64,000 bases of DNA from NCBI GenBank assembly GCA_951406725.2, contig OX597817.1, forward strand, positions 94,984,001-95,048,000, read 5' to 3'. The position numbers were made by a program, and so were the translations under genes. Below are positions 11,767 to 24,826 of the stretch, one piece after another. Position 1 is the first letter of the stretch; each line of letters starts with the position of its first letter. The notes beneath the pieces are model-generated. The model was not told where the DNA came from. It did no database searches and was given only the letters and a program-made list of their open reading frames with translations. This DNA is from Octopus vulgaris (Eukaryota).

Positions 11767-14700
11767 ATTTTCACATTCTCGTTTAAACTCGGTTGTATAA
11801 ATATTCGCGGCCGGGGGTCGTATTGGAAGCAAGGCTACCTCCTTAACGACCTTAGGTCGCATCGTTTGGATGTAGTGGTAATTACTGAATCCATACTGAG
11901 TGGGCTGCAGGCTTTTTCGCCCCTTCTAAACGGCTATGAGAAATACATTTCTCCCTGTCGAACTGGAGGGGGAGGAGGAGTGGCAGTGCTGGTCAGGAAA
12001 AACCTGGATTTAGAGATTAGAACTGTCTTTATAGATCCGGAAGGCAGGTTGGTGGTTTTGGATGTGACGCACAGCAGTGGTAAAGTGTTCAGGCTGGTCG
12101 CTGTCTATGCTCCCTGCGAAAGAAAAGACAGGCAGAAAGAGTATTTCAAAAGCCTAGAGAATTTTCTTGGCACGTCGAACACGTTAGTATTGCTAGGTGA
12201 CTTCAACATAATTTGCGATGCAAGCGTAGATTATGTTGGCTCGAGAAAGAATAGGAGGGGATTACCTCACCTCAACGATATGCTAAGTCGTTTCGAATTG
12301 GCAGATCGATTCAGACTGGACCATCCAGACACTCCAGCGTGGACCTGGGCAAGAAACGACGGGTCGTCCAGATCTTATATCGATAGAATCATAACTAGAA
12401 GGAAAGATGAGAAAATACTTAGCTGTCCACAACACCATATCGCCAGCTACAGCGATCACAAATTAGTGACCTGTACGCTCGACATAGATAGCATGTGTAG
12501 ACGAGGTACTATTGGACTGGAAGCTAAACAAGTCACTATTGGACTGTGAAGCCTACAGGAATCAGATTAAACAATTAGTAATGAGGGCGTTAACCGGATC
12601 CATTATCAACAACAAATGGTTTGAGTCAATTAGGTTTAGCAAAGAACTAGCTAGTGCTAGAAACAAAGTAGAAAAGGAACTAGTTAAGGCAATAGAGGAG
12701 GCAATGAGGTCAGGCAGTGCATCGAAAGTGTTAGCGGCGAGGTTAGCACTCGACCAACATCTCAAAGCTAAACATGAAGGGTGCATTGTCAGGGCTAAGA
12801 TCCGCGCAATGAGACAGGAAGGGATCAACGCAGCCGGATGGGCCCGGGTGGTAGAGGGCCAGCGTGGCAACAACTCAACCATTCGATCCTTGACGGGCCC
12901 AAATGGTCGATTAGTAAACGAACCCGAGGAGATGTGCAAGGTGTTTCATGATCATTTCGCCCAGCTATTCGAGAGGAGCGGCGGGCTGGAGCGCGGGGAG
13001 AAGCTCGCCGCATACTTCCTAGCCGGTTCGCCGCGTCTTTCGGGGCCGGCTAGGAATCTTGTGAGGCGCCGATCACAGCCAAAGAAGTCGAGGATATGTT
13101 GGCAGACTGCGGCGGGGACAAATCGCCGGGACTCGATGGTCTGCCTTACGAACTCTATAGTAGCATGCCAGACTTGTTTGGGCACCTATTTGCATGCGTG
13201 TACACCAACTGGCAGCAGAACGGGAGAATTCCTAAGTCTGTGAGCCGAGGGGTGGTAGCGCTGTTAAGAAAGGACCCAAACAAGGGGGATTTAATTGATA
13301 ATTTCCGGCCTATCACTCTGCTTAACGCAGAGTTGAAGATCTTGGCCAAGGTCTTAGCAAAAAGGTTGGCGAGTGTCGTGGGTGAACTTGTTGGCGAGGC
13401 GCAAAGTTGCGCCATCTCTGGAAAGACCATCCACGACAATCTCCACTTTCTACGCTATGCCTTAGAAAGGGTAAATAGGATTCCTGGCAAGGGTGGGCCT
13501 ATGGTCCACTTGGACAAATCGAAAGCGTTTGATAGGGTGGACCATCAGTATCTGGCGGCGGTTCTCGCGGCGGCTGGCTTCGGCCCGACCTTCCGCGGTT
13601 GGATCATCGCTTTATACAGCAACATCGAATCGGTTGTTCGAGTAAATGGTTTCCTTTCGGAGCCGTTCAGCATTGAACGTTCGGCACGTCAAGGGTGTCC
13701 TCTATTCCCGCTTCTCTACGTTTTGGCCCTCGAGCCGTTGCTGAGGAGGTTGGAAATTATGAGAGGCACTCCGCAAGATCTAGGGTGCGGAAATTCAGCT
13801 TCGGCGTATGCGGACGACATCACCGTCATCGTTTCCCGAGTCGAGCACCTACAGTCGGTGGGTGAAGCCTTAAGGGACTACGAAGCGGTGGCAGGAGCGA
13901 AAGTCAACCGGGATAAATCGGTCGGCTTGCAACTCGGCACCTGGAGGAGCAAGTCGATGTCTTCCGACAGCGTCGTAGGACGTTGGACGGAAGGACCGGT
14001 GAAAATGCTTGGGATCTGGTTAGGTCCAGATCTCCAGATAGAGAAGAACTGGAGCGAGGTGGCGAGAAAGGTGGCTCTCCTAACTCAGACATGGTCTGAG
14101 CGGAAGCTGTCCTTGAAAGGGAGGGCGGAGGTTGCAGAAGTGTTTATCGCCTCTGTAATCACTTACCGCCTGACCGTAGTGCCTTGCCCCGATTCGTGGC
14201 TGAACAAACTGGAACGTATGCTCTTTCGCTTTTTGTGGAGGGTCAGCAGACCTCTTGTAAGGCGCTCTATTTGCTGCCAAAAGCCGCTGAAGGGTGGGTT
14301 AGGGATGCCGTGGCTAAAAATGCGCAGACATGCGCTCAGGCTTAGGCACCTCTGGATTTACCTGGACGGTGAGCAGGTATGGTCTCCGTTCGTCAAGCTG
14401 TTATTTCCACAGTTCACATCGTTTAACGAACTGAACCCATGGATCAAGTGTAGACCGAGGTTGGGCATGTGGCATGCAGAGTGCTATCAGGCACTCGTGC
14501 TTCTCTCCCAGTCGGGCAACGCTGGTGGCGGGGCTACTACCTCGTTCTTCTATAGAGGGTTAGTAGAGTTTAAGTGTGACGACGTCCTAGGAGAAACTCT
14601 GGGCTTCGACGAAAATCAACCGGCCAGCCTGTTCCAAAGAACATTCGGTCCGGGGCCTATGGATAATTACCAAAAGTCCCTGGCCTGGCAATGTTACAGA

Positions 14701-15159
14701 GGAGCTTTACCGGTTCGAGATAAGCTCTTTAGACATGAGTGTGCACCTTCGCCGGTTTGTGCAAGATGTAAGAGGGACAGTGAAACTGTCCTGCACGCGG
14801 TTGTGCAATGCCCCAAGGTGACTAAACTCTGGACTTATGTCGAACACCTCCTGTCGCATTCGAGAAGAGTACAACTGTCGAGCGAATCTGTAATTAAGGT
14901 AGTTCCCCCGACCTTCCTGAATAGGGAGGAGCAAGCCTGTTTTCTTTCGGTAGTTGCTATGGCGAAAGAAGTAGTGTGGAAGACGAGAGTAAAAGAAATT
15001 GCAACAGGCATGTTTATCTCCAGTCTCGAGCTAATCGACTTTTTCGTTTTCCACATGAAACGGAAAATAAGGCTGGAGAAGAAATGCCTGTCGCAAAGTG
15101 TGTTTCGTAAAAGATGGAAGTATATGGCAAGTATGTTGCGAGTGAAAGAACCTGTTTAA
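11767..15159 (+). pseudogene. Tx1 ORF2 (AP endonuclease + reverse transcriptase + C-terminal Cys-rich domain), frameshifts near 12510 and 13060
   Basis: Endonuclease motifs GCINIRG, VITES, GGGVAVL, LLGDFN, SYIDRI and SDH. RT motifs KSPGLDG, NFRPITLLN, KAFDRVDH, RQGCPL and YADD. C-terminal CARC..ETVLHAVVQC. Confidence 0.93.
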
Positions 15160-16025
15160 TCGAGAATGTAAAAAAGGATAAAGCAAAGTCTTCAGTGTGA
15201 GTATGTGGTTTGTGGGGTCGACCGCGTCCTCCGCTTCATTTTTTGTTAATCACTCATTCTCATTTAATTGTATATATTTTAATTGTTTGTTTATTCATAC
15301 CTTTCGTCTCATTCGATACCCTGACCCCAACGTTTGTTTTGTCCCCTCTTTTTCTCAACCTTATGGTGAATAAAGAAATACTCTCTCTCTCTCTCTCCCT
15401 CTCTCTCTCTCTCCCTCTCTCTCCCTCTCTCTCTAGTAGTCTGCTTGTCGCATGGCTAGAGAGAATGTCTAGAAGAGAATTTGATCGGATAATTTTTCAT
15501 ATTTGGTAGTGAATCGAGGAAAGATTTTTGACCAGATGAGGAATATGGATGACAACGGCCTGAGTATCTCAGTTATATCAAGTGATAAATGTTACAGGTA
15601 TCTCGAAATTGATGAGAAAATTTTACACGTGGGGATGTAAGTATAGCTACTTTGACAATTTTCAACAGACTTTAGGTGGTATGAAAGTCAGAGTTATTTG
15701 CATTCAATAAAACTATATTGTACAGTGATTTTACAGTGCCTGTGAAAGTACCAATATTAGGAATACTGGACTGAACACTTGAAAAGTTATGCAATTTGGA
15801 CAAAATGACTACAAAAATGCATTGATATCTTGTAAATCAACAGTAATACTGACAGGACCTATGTTAAGCAGAAGAATAGAAGTAGAGGCATAAGGTCAGA
15901 ATTCAAGCCGATCGCAAAGATTGTGACAAGACTCTTTTGTATGAATCGAGATTGTTTCTGTGATTCATGAATATAAGTGAGTTAGTGTATGCATATATAC
16001 AATGTATGTGAAATGGTACGCATTT

Positions 16026-16247
16026 CTTTCATTCTTTTATTCTTTTACTCTTTCATTTGTTTCAGTCATTTGACTGCGGTCATGCTGGAGCACCGCCTTT
16101 AGTCAAGCAAATCGACCCCAGGACTTATTCTTTGTAAGCCAAGTACTTATTCTATCGGTCACTTTGCCCAACCGCTATGTTACGGGGACGTAAACACACC
16201 AGCATCAGTTGTCAAGCGATGCTGGGGGGGGGGGGGAAGAAACACAA

Positions 16248-16278
<31 letters not shown>

Positions 16279-16454
16279 AATATATATACACGCCGGGCTT
16301 CTATCAGTTTCCGTCTACCAAATCCACTCACAAGGCTTTGGTCGGCCCGAGGCTATAGTAGAAGTCACTTGCCCAAGGTGCCCTGCATTGGGACTGAACC
16401 CGGAACCACGTGGTTACTAAGCAAGCTACTTACCACACAGCCACTCCTGCGCCT
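16026..16454 (-). mobile_element. tRNA-derived SINE, octopus OK-like family, full length
   Basis: The minus strand begins AGGCGCAGGAGTGGCTGTGTGGTAAG (A box) ... GGGTTCAGTCCC (B box), has an internal (TG/TA)n tract and an AAAAGAGT/AAAGAAT tail. Multiple copies in the window. Confidence 0.85.
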
Positions 16455-17309
16455 ATTTACATATTTACAACGAGTAATTTTTCTTTTATCTATGTGTGTA
16501 CCCTATTTCACACGTGATTGTGTATATATGTTCAATCCAGAAAACTTAAATGGAGAATCTTTGAAATGTTTTATAAATTTTCATTAAAATTTTGTATAGA
16601 AGGGTGTTAGGGAGTTTACATTTCAAAACCTTTATGCAACTCTGTTTCTACCTCACACTATGCATCAATTATAACAGATACGATTGGACATTTATAGCCT
16701 AAACAGAGATCTATATAAATATAAGGCTATTGCCAGTTCAAATATGCCTTGAGCATATTTAAACCCTTAAGAATGTGTTATGTCATGGAAATAAATTCTC
16801 GCTGTAAACAAATGTTGTAAATGCACCGAAATCATCTCGCAATGCCACCTACTCAGTCTGTAAGATGCAAGCATTTCGGCGTGGTTATCTCCTCCTCAGT
16901 CACAGAAACCGGACAGATCTGTATGTTTCTCATTGGTTCATCGTAGCTGTTCTTTCTCTCACTTTTAGATGAGACATATATACTCTTGCATAATTTTCCG
17001 CTGGCATGGTGCGTGTGTATGTATGTATCTATAAACAGTGAACGAGGTAGCGACAACAGAGAGAGGGAGGAAGAGAGAAGGGAAATGACAGACAAACTGA
17101 CAGACAAGTCGAAAGGGAGACAAACAGACGGACAGACAGACAGAGGGGACGGGAGAGAAAATTGAGAAGGAAGAAATATGCAAGACAGAGAATGAGACTA
17201 TCTGAAAGAAGAGAAACAAACGATACCAGTGAATATCTTATCAAACATGCTCGCCTCTTACAGATTTCAACCTGAAAAACAGCAGCCGTTGGTATTTTCT
17301 ATAGTAATT

Positions 17310-17632
17310 ACTCTTTTACTCTTTTACTTGTTTCAGTCATTTGACTGCGGTCATGCTGGAGCACCGCCTTTAGTCGAGCAAATCGACCCCGGGACTTTGT
17401 AAGCCCAGTACTTATTCAATCGGTCTCTTTTGCCGAACCGCTAAGTGACGGGGACGTAAACACACCAGCATCGGTCGTTAAGCAATGCTAGGGGGACAAA
17501 CACAGACACACAAACACACACATACATATATATATATATACATATATACGACAGGCTTCTTTCAGTTTCCGTCTACCAAATCCACTCACAAGGCATTGGT
17601 CGGCCCGAGGCTATAGTAGAAGACACTTGCCC
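17310..17632 (-). mobile_element. OK-like SINE lacking the tRNA head
   Basis: Near-identical to 16040-16375. Confidence 0.85.
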
Positions 17633-17757
17633 AATTGGACATCATCACAACATATCTGCGAAACACACCACACCACCTACTCAACCACGTCACTGACATA
17701 ACTGCATCAAAGGCTTAGTAACGCTACACCACGCACACATAGTAAGTAGTAGTGGGG

Positions 17758-17758
<1 letters not shown>

Positions 17759-17838
<80 letters not shown>
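17759..17838. repeat. (TAG)n microsatellite
   Basis: Read directly. Confidence 0.95.
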
Positions 17839-18289
17839 AGAGCCAACGAGACAGGAAACCAGCTGGGTAACCTGAACGTTTTCCTCCTTTGACTATGGTA
17901 GTATTAATGGTGTGTTACTGGCTGTTAATTACCTGTGTATAATTGTGAGGTGGAGAGGGAGATAATAATGGTTACCTGGACTAAAACAGACCACATCGTT
18001 ACAACGCCCACACATCCCAACTCTTCCTGTCCCCCATCTTACTACAATATACCATGTACAGTGGCCACCTGATAAGATCGGTATTCAAATATCGATTTTA
18101 TCCTTATTTATATAAATTTATATATTTATTCTGTCATTATATTCACTGCGGTATTTATTCTGACCATATCGCACGAGGATCTTTAAGGCGGGCAATTTAA
18201 ACTGGTTGTGTACATATGTGCATATATATGTATGTATATACGCTCGTATATGTAAGTATATCGTATGCTATGTATATGTATGTATGCAT

Positions 18290-19137
18290 ATATTTTATTT
18301 ATTAATTTATTGCATGACTGAGCGCCCTCGCGTCGTTTCGTTTCTTTTCTGTTCTCCAAGTAAGTTTTTATATATAATTATGACGCGAAACTCTGTAACC
18401 CTTTGCTTGACCTTCCCTTCCTTCCTGTCTGTCTTCCTCTTTGCCTGTCTCACTCCTTATTTTTCACCCTTTCTGGTTTCTTTTCCTCTCTCTTCTCTCT
18501 CTCTCTCTCTCTCTCTCTCACTCACACACACACACACACTCCTCCTCATCTCTGACACAGCCGAGTCGACCCCTTCCTTTCGCTGGCGGACTCCTACAAG
18601 TGAACATGCTTTTTTCCTGCGCTCTTGAATTTTTCCATCGTCTAGGCTAAAAAAAGGCCTTCAGTGTTTGTTTCCTTGTCCTGTTTTTATTCTTTACTTG
18701 TACTGTATTTTTTTGTATTTGTATTTTTATTTTGTATTTGTTTTTTTATTTGTATTGTTTTTACGTCCTGTTTTTGTCACATTTTTTCTTTCCTTGTTTT
18801 TACCCCTCTGCAAAGGAATTTTATTTAATTCTTTTGCAGGAAGGGCTAGTTCGACGAGTCGTGATCTGTCCTTACCTTCGAAACACGCATGGAGTCGAAC
18901 TAGGGACAACTGATGAAGGGGAATTTTCCTTGTATTGTTTGTCTTGTACTCTGATTTTTCGTTGTTAAAAAAAGTCCGTTTCCATGTTTGTTTTTACGTT
19001 TTCGTTTCTCGTTGAGTTCTACGTCTATTTGTGGTGTCCTGTACTCACATATATATATTTATATATGCATGTATATATACATGTAGATGTAGGTACGTAC
19101 ATATATGTATGTATGTATGCATATATCTTATTTATTA

Positions 19138-19170
<33 letters not shown>
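18290..19170 (+). mobile_element. Probable Penelope-like pseudo-LTR/3' fragment inserted into unit 1
   Basis: Absent from unit 2, pyrimidine-rich, ends in (TA)n. Shares the gacaactgatgaag motif with 43330-43745. Confidence 0.45.
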
Positions 19171-19181
<11 letters not shown>

Positions 19182-19202
19182 ATTTAAGTGCTATCTGAGT
19201 GT

Positions 19203-19261
19203 ATTCCACTGATGAAAGCAGAGCATCTCTTATGCAAAGCCAGAAACCCGGGATCTGGAAT
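19203..19261 (+). ncRNA. Type I hammerhead ribozyme candidate
   Basis: ATTCCA-CTGATGA-(irregular stem II containing GCAT/ATGC)-GAAA-CCCGGG-ATC-TGGAAT. Confidence 0.6.
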
Positions 19262-19674
19262 TATCCAGTAATTTTTTTACTAGTTTATTTTGTCTCTCTG
19301 TTTTCTCTCCGAGTGCTATATGAACATTTGATGTGGCTTTAGAGTTAAGTTATGACTATTTCCAGCGGGGTTGGTATCTCTTAGATACCCTATTATTACC
19401 ATTGAAAGGTTTTTATTACCATACTGGCCACCTGATAAGATCGGTATTTAAATATCGATCTTATCCTTATTTATATAAATTTATATATTTATTTCGTCAT
19501 TATATTCACTGCGCTGTTTATTCTGACCATATCGCACGAGGAGCTTTAAGGCGGGCAATTTAAACTGGTCGTGTACATACGTGCATATATATGTATGTAT
19601 ATACGTTCGTATATGTAAGTATATCGTATGCTGTGTATATATGTATATTTGTATTTATGTGCTATCTGGGTGTA

Positions 19675-19735
19675 CAGTGATCCCTCGCTACTTCGCGGTT
19701 CAACTATCGCGGATTCACGACTTCGCGGATTTTTG

Positions 19736-19770
<35 letters not shown>

Positions 19771-20431
19771 TACCTAAATTTTTTCATTAAATCCAAAGAA
19801 GAAACGCAGCAAGAAACAGAAATTGTCAACCAAACTGGCTTGATTTTGGAACGGCTGGCCAAGCTCTGCAACCTTGCTAAAGAATTGAAAGAGGAGTCAC
19901 AGGAATGGGACGACGATATGGTTCGTTCTGTGCAATTTTGCAACAAGCTCGATGAAGTCATGAATCCCTACAAGATGCTCTTTGAACGGAAAAAGAAGCA
20001 GCGGCAGCAGCTTCCTATCACAATGTTTTTGCAGCCTCACAAAAAAGAGCCAGTTCCTGCTTCTACTACTACGGCTGCACCTTCGGAAGAAGTGGAAGAG
20101 GTGTCCCAGGAAAGGGCACCGCCGTCAACTTCATCATCGTTATTTCTACTGCGCAGCAAATTCATCACCATCATCATTCAAATTTTACTTCAACTTCTTT
20201 TGTGTTGAGTACAGTAACAATATTTTTTTATGTAAAGTGTTATTGCTTAACAGTTGTCCTTGTTATTAATAGAGTACTATAATGTGTGGGTTTTTAACAG
20301 TACAGGGAGAGTTTTAAAAGTCCAAATACAAGTTAAATAAATTCTTTAAATATGGTGTCCCTACTTCGCGGAAATTCAGTTCTCGCAGCCGGTCTCGGAA
20401 CCAATCTACTGCGATAAACGAAGGATCACTG
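19675..20431 (+). mobile_element. Tigger-like internally deleted DNA transposon with TA target duplication
   Basis: TIRs CAGTGATCCCTCG / CGAAGGATCACTG, with TA at 19673-74 and 20432-33. The internal ORF resembles a Tigger transposase C-terminus (KKQRQQLPITMFL). The empty site is visible at ~19200. Confidence 0.88.
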
Positions 20432-20432
20432 T

Positions 20433-20491
20433 ATTCCACTGATGAAAGCAGAGCATCTCTTATGCAAAGCCAGAAATCCGAGATCTGGAAT
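20433..20491 (+). ncRNA. Type I hammerhead ribozyme candidate (second copy)
   Basis: ATTCCA-CTGATGA...GAAA-TCCGAG-ATC-TGGAAT; stem III ATC/GAT. Confidence 0.62.
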
Positions 20492-20646
20492 TATCCAGTA
20501 ATTTTTTTGCTAGTTTATTTTGTCTCTTTGTTTTTTCTCCTAGTGATATATGAACATTTAATGTAGTTTTAAAGGCAAATTATGACTGCTATTTCCAGCG
20601 GGGCTGGTATCTCTTAGATACCCTAAATTATAATTATATATATATG

Positions 20647-20701
<55 letters not shown>

Positions 20702-20704
20702 GAT

Positions 20705-20774
<70 letters not shown>

Positions 20775-20775
<1 letters not shown>

Positions 20776-20978
20776 CATCTTTGTGTATCTGTGTTTGTGC
20801 TCCCAACATTGCTTGACAACCGATGTTGGTGTGTTTACGTCCTCGTAACTTGGCATTTCGGCAAAAGTTACCGATACAATAATTACTAGGCTTACAAAGA
20901 ATAAGTCCCGGAGAAGAGTTGTTCGACTAAAAGCGGTGCTCCAGCATGGCCGCAGTCAAATGACTGAAACAAATAAAA

Positions 20979-20981
<3 letters not shown>
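20775..20981 (+). mobile_element. OK-like SINE 3' half
   Basis: Reverse complement of part of 16026-16260 (gcggtgctccagcatggccgcagtcaaatgactgaaac). Confidence 0.8.
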
Positions 20982-21024
<43 letters not shown>

Positions 21025-21066
21025 GAAATATTAAAATTACTAAGTCTCTATAAAAGAGATTACTGC

Positions 21067-21108
21067 GCTACATTGACAAGGGGCAATACCCCGAAACGCG
21101 TCTGTAGC
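21067..21108 (+). ncRNA. Minimal type I hammerhead ribozyme with U3-A8 variant core
   Basis: GCTACA-TTGACAA-GGGG caata CCCC-GAAA-CGCG-TC-TGTAGC. Perfect stems I and II, palindromic stem III. Lies in a ~250-bp segment bounded by (TA)n. Confidence 0.75.
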
Positions 21109-21269
21109 TGTCGGACTGGCAGTGTGAAGCGGCTGACCTCCCTTGTTCGAAGGTTATAATGGATACAGATCGTGTATCAATAGCTATCTTGATGGCGGTG
21201 GCCTCATGGAGCTGACCAGCGGCAGCGATTATTCTTATATCTATAAGAATGCCATATTAATATGGTGAT

Positions 21270-21333
<64 letters not shown>

Positions 21334-21984
21334 TGTTTATAAATTTAACTCTTAAAGGTATTTTTTAATATGCTGGCCATTGATAGAATTTTTTTCGAAA
21401 AAAAATTATCCTACATTAGATATATATATAAATTAAATAGAGAAATACAGATGACAATCTAACAATTTATGACATTATAATATGATATAATATAAAATAT
21501 AAGATAACATAACAACCAATTAAAAAAAAACAAATAAAGGCAAAAATTTGTTTCTACTTGTATACATTACTTGATTTATAAACAATTCATATCTATGTAT
21601 ACAAGTCTATTCAGGGCCTTGGTTCAAAAAGGCAGACGAAATTCTATGTAAAAGGACTACCAGATTGCATAAGACTGATTCAAAATACCTATGTTTAGGA
21701 GAGTGAGCGTTAACAATTTAAATACATAAGTACAATAAAAGAATAACAAAATTTAAATGGATAAAATAATTAAGTAAATTTATAACGGTCAATTTATTTC
21801 TCTATTATTTGTAATTTGTACTTATGCTCCTATTTCTGTAATATTCAACTGCCGTACCAGTGAATTGAATGTTTTACACCCCTTTGAAGGAATCGTTTTT
21901 TCCTTCGTTTGTTATATTATATATATACATCAAGCGCAAACAATTGATCCAAAACTAATGTCGGCGTCACTTTCACATCATGAA

Positions 21985-23520
21985 CGATGTCCATTTTGTT
22001 TGTGAAGCAGAGATCCAAAAATTTTTTCTCGAGAGACTTTGCTGTATGCAATCAAGGCCTGCGCATAGCACTCGTGGAAACTCATCTGGGCCCTGATATA
22101 GAGGATGCAGAAGAACATGTACCAAAATATACCATACTGCGACAGAGGGAAAGGAGCCATGGTGGAGTTGCTGTATACATCCGTGAAGACCTCACACTCC
22201 AGGTCTCACTGTCATACTCAAAATTGTATACATAAGACAACACTAAATAGTCATATGCAATACATATCGCCCACCGGATGCTTAAACCACATAGGCAAGT
22301 TTGAAGATTGCCTCACAAGAATTAAAGAAATCCTCATGAAACTGGAACACCATGTGAGCGTATTTTTTATGGGTAATTTCAACTTCTGCAATGGCAAATG
22401 GCCCAAAGGCCTCATGCTCTCAGGAATGACTCATTGCAAACCTCACCAATGCCCTATTCACGGAGTAAACTGTACTCAGACCGATTAGGACGAATAACAT
22501 TTGGGATATCTGCTTCACAAACAAAATGGACATCGTTCATGATGTGAAAGTGATGCCGACATTAGTTTCGGATCACAACATAATAGAGCTGTCTACCAAA
22601 AGTAGCCACAGACATACAGCCTAATGGAAGCACCCGAACTCTCTCCAATTAGAACTTCCACAGAGCAGACTGGAAATCTATCCAAAATGAGATCCTCAGA
22701 CAGAGATGACCGAAATGTCTCTCCACACAGGACATTGACCTGAAACTAGAATATTTCATGTCTGTTATACAAGCCATATGCCAGAAATATGTCCCAGAGT
22801 ACAAAACCAACACAAAAAGGAACAAGATTCCCAGGAAAAGGAAGATCCTCATGAGACGACGGACGAAGGTTGCAAATCGCTTCAACTAACATTCCAAAAA
22901 TAGTGAAAGGTCCCGCCTAAAAACAACACTGATGGAGGCTGAAAAAAACCTGCAACAATCCCATGTGAGGGAGAGAGCGGACAAAGAAGCCTAGGTTAAA
23001 AAAAAACATTAAGTCAAACCCAAAGACCTCCTTTCATTATGCCAAAGAAACAGCCTCAGTACGCTGCAAAATAAGACCCCTCTTCCAAAAGGATGGCTCT
23101 CTCACAGACAATCCAACCAGGATCAGCGAGGTACTGAATGACCAGTTCAAAAGTGACTTTACCACTCTGTTGGAACACGGACCAGTGAACGAACCAGTGG
23201 ATTTCTTTGCCGCCTCACCTATAACCAGCGAGGCAGTTACAATGGAATACACTGACATTAGCGAAGAAGATATACTACTAGTCATGGATGAAGTGGACAC
23301 AAACTCAACTGCTGGTCCTGATGGTTTCCCAGCAATCCTCCTCAAATCGTGTAAGCGTGCCCTAGCGAAATCCCTCCAGATTCTCTTCCAGAGCTTTCTT
23401 GCAGGCTGACAAGCAAACTGAAGGGGGGAATAATATGCCCAATCCATAAAGGAGGAAGCAGAGCAGATACCAAAAACTATAGGTCTATCTCTCTGACTTC
23501 ACACATCAGCAAAGTCATAT
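21985..23520 (+). pseudogene. CR1-like LINE ORF2 remnant (AP endonuclease to start of RT)
   Basis: IALVETHL, HGGVAVYI, YRPP, MGNFNF, SDHNII, NIKSNPK, AGPDGFPAILLKSC and PIHKGGSRADTKNYRSISLTSH, with many stops and frameshifts. Confidence 0.85.
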
Positions 23521-24701
23521 TCAAACTGTACTTTTTACCTCCATAAGTATTTAACTTGTTTTACGAATAATTGATCAACCATTTACCAATAGTAGAGGTT
23601 ATTCAACTACTGTACAACGTAAGTGGTGTACAACATAGAAACTTTGTCTTCGACTACAGACATGATTTCTTGAATCGCTGTTATGAAGAAAAAAAGGCAT
23701 TTATATTTTATAATTGTAGAAGATATTAATTACAGGCGGAACCTGTAGCTACCCAAGAAAATGTCATTAAAGCACTAGCATCCTATGCATCATGGCGTTG
23801 TTGCTAAAACATCGTATAAAGTCAATGATAGGAAAACTGTTGTGGGATAAATATAAAATATTTCTGGCGATAGGTGCATCCATACTTTTTTACGCATGAA
23901 ATATTGATGAAACACTCCCGTTAAAACTGCCATCAAATGTAAACACAACGAGCTTGATATAATTGTTTGGATCATAAAACAGAAATCATGTTTTATTGTG
24001 AATGTCAGCTCCCTGCCCAACAGAAGTGAACATTTCTTTTTTTTAAATCAATGAAAAACAATGCTTTTTATGCAACTGCTTTCAAACCTACTACTTACAA
24101 TCCATATAAGTTAATCATTTATGTTTGTATCTCTAACTATTGCTTCACTCTGTTCCGTTACTAAACAGTCAAGCATTGAGATGTTATTCATGTTACAGGA
24201 AGAGAACATCCAGCATATTTTAACAATAATTCAATCGATAAGCGGAACAGTGGATAGTTTAAAGTTTATTATGTTTTTATTTACTGCCGTTAAGATGGAA
24301 TTATGGTGCTTTGTTACTTATCTAAAAGTTAGTTTCGTATTCGTGGGATTATATTTAAGGAATAGAAATTTAAGTAAAAGAACAGTACTTCGGCGTAGTC
24401 ATAACCAATGGACTTAAATATTACGAGAGGAAACAAAATATCAAAACTAAATATTTGTGTCATTGTATTGCTTCTAAATATTTATTTAAAACATACTGTA
24501 AGTGCAAAGTCAGAAACTTGGAGCTGGTCAATTACATTGTCTGAAGTAGTTGGCTGGTGCTTTATTTATCTACCCCGAAAGGATGAAAGGCGAACGTTTA
24601 GAACAGGAATAAATACTGCAAGGCATTTTAGCCGACTTGCTAATAATTCTGGCAGCAGGGTGAATAAAAGAGTTTCAGTAGTCTGCTGCATGTCGTTGCC
24701 T

Positions 24702-24702
24702 T

Positions 24703-24775
<73 letters not shown>

Positions 24776-24776
24776 A

Positions 24777-24825
<49 letters not shown>
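24702..24825. repeat. Compound (TAC)n(TGC)n(TAA)n microsatellite
   Basis: Read directly. Confidence 0.95.

Positions 24826-24826
<1 letters not shown>

Larger units (their letters stand above)
10079..15380 (+). mobile_element. Near full-length Tx1-clade (L1-like) non-LTR retrotransposon embedded in (TC)n
   Basis: 5'UTR, ORF1 with CCHC knuckle, ORF2 with APE-RT-Cys-rich domain, 3'UTR ending AATAAAGAAATA, and (TC)n on both sides. Confidence 0.92.
18062..20625 (+). mobile_element. Tandem pair of Penelope-like pseudo-LTR units (18062-19395 and 19425-20625), each interrupted by a different insertion
   Basis: Segments tggccacctgataagatcgg... and ...gtatctcttagatacccta occur twice. Each unit contains a type I hammerhead motif. 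Confidence 0.65.

Noticed and set aside
16853-17010. Short non-repetitive minus-strand ORF segment as a possible exon
   Set aside because: No clear acceptor site or recognisable domain; the upstream part is microsatellite.
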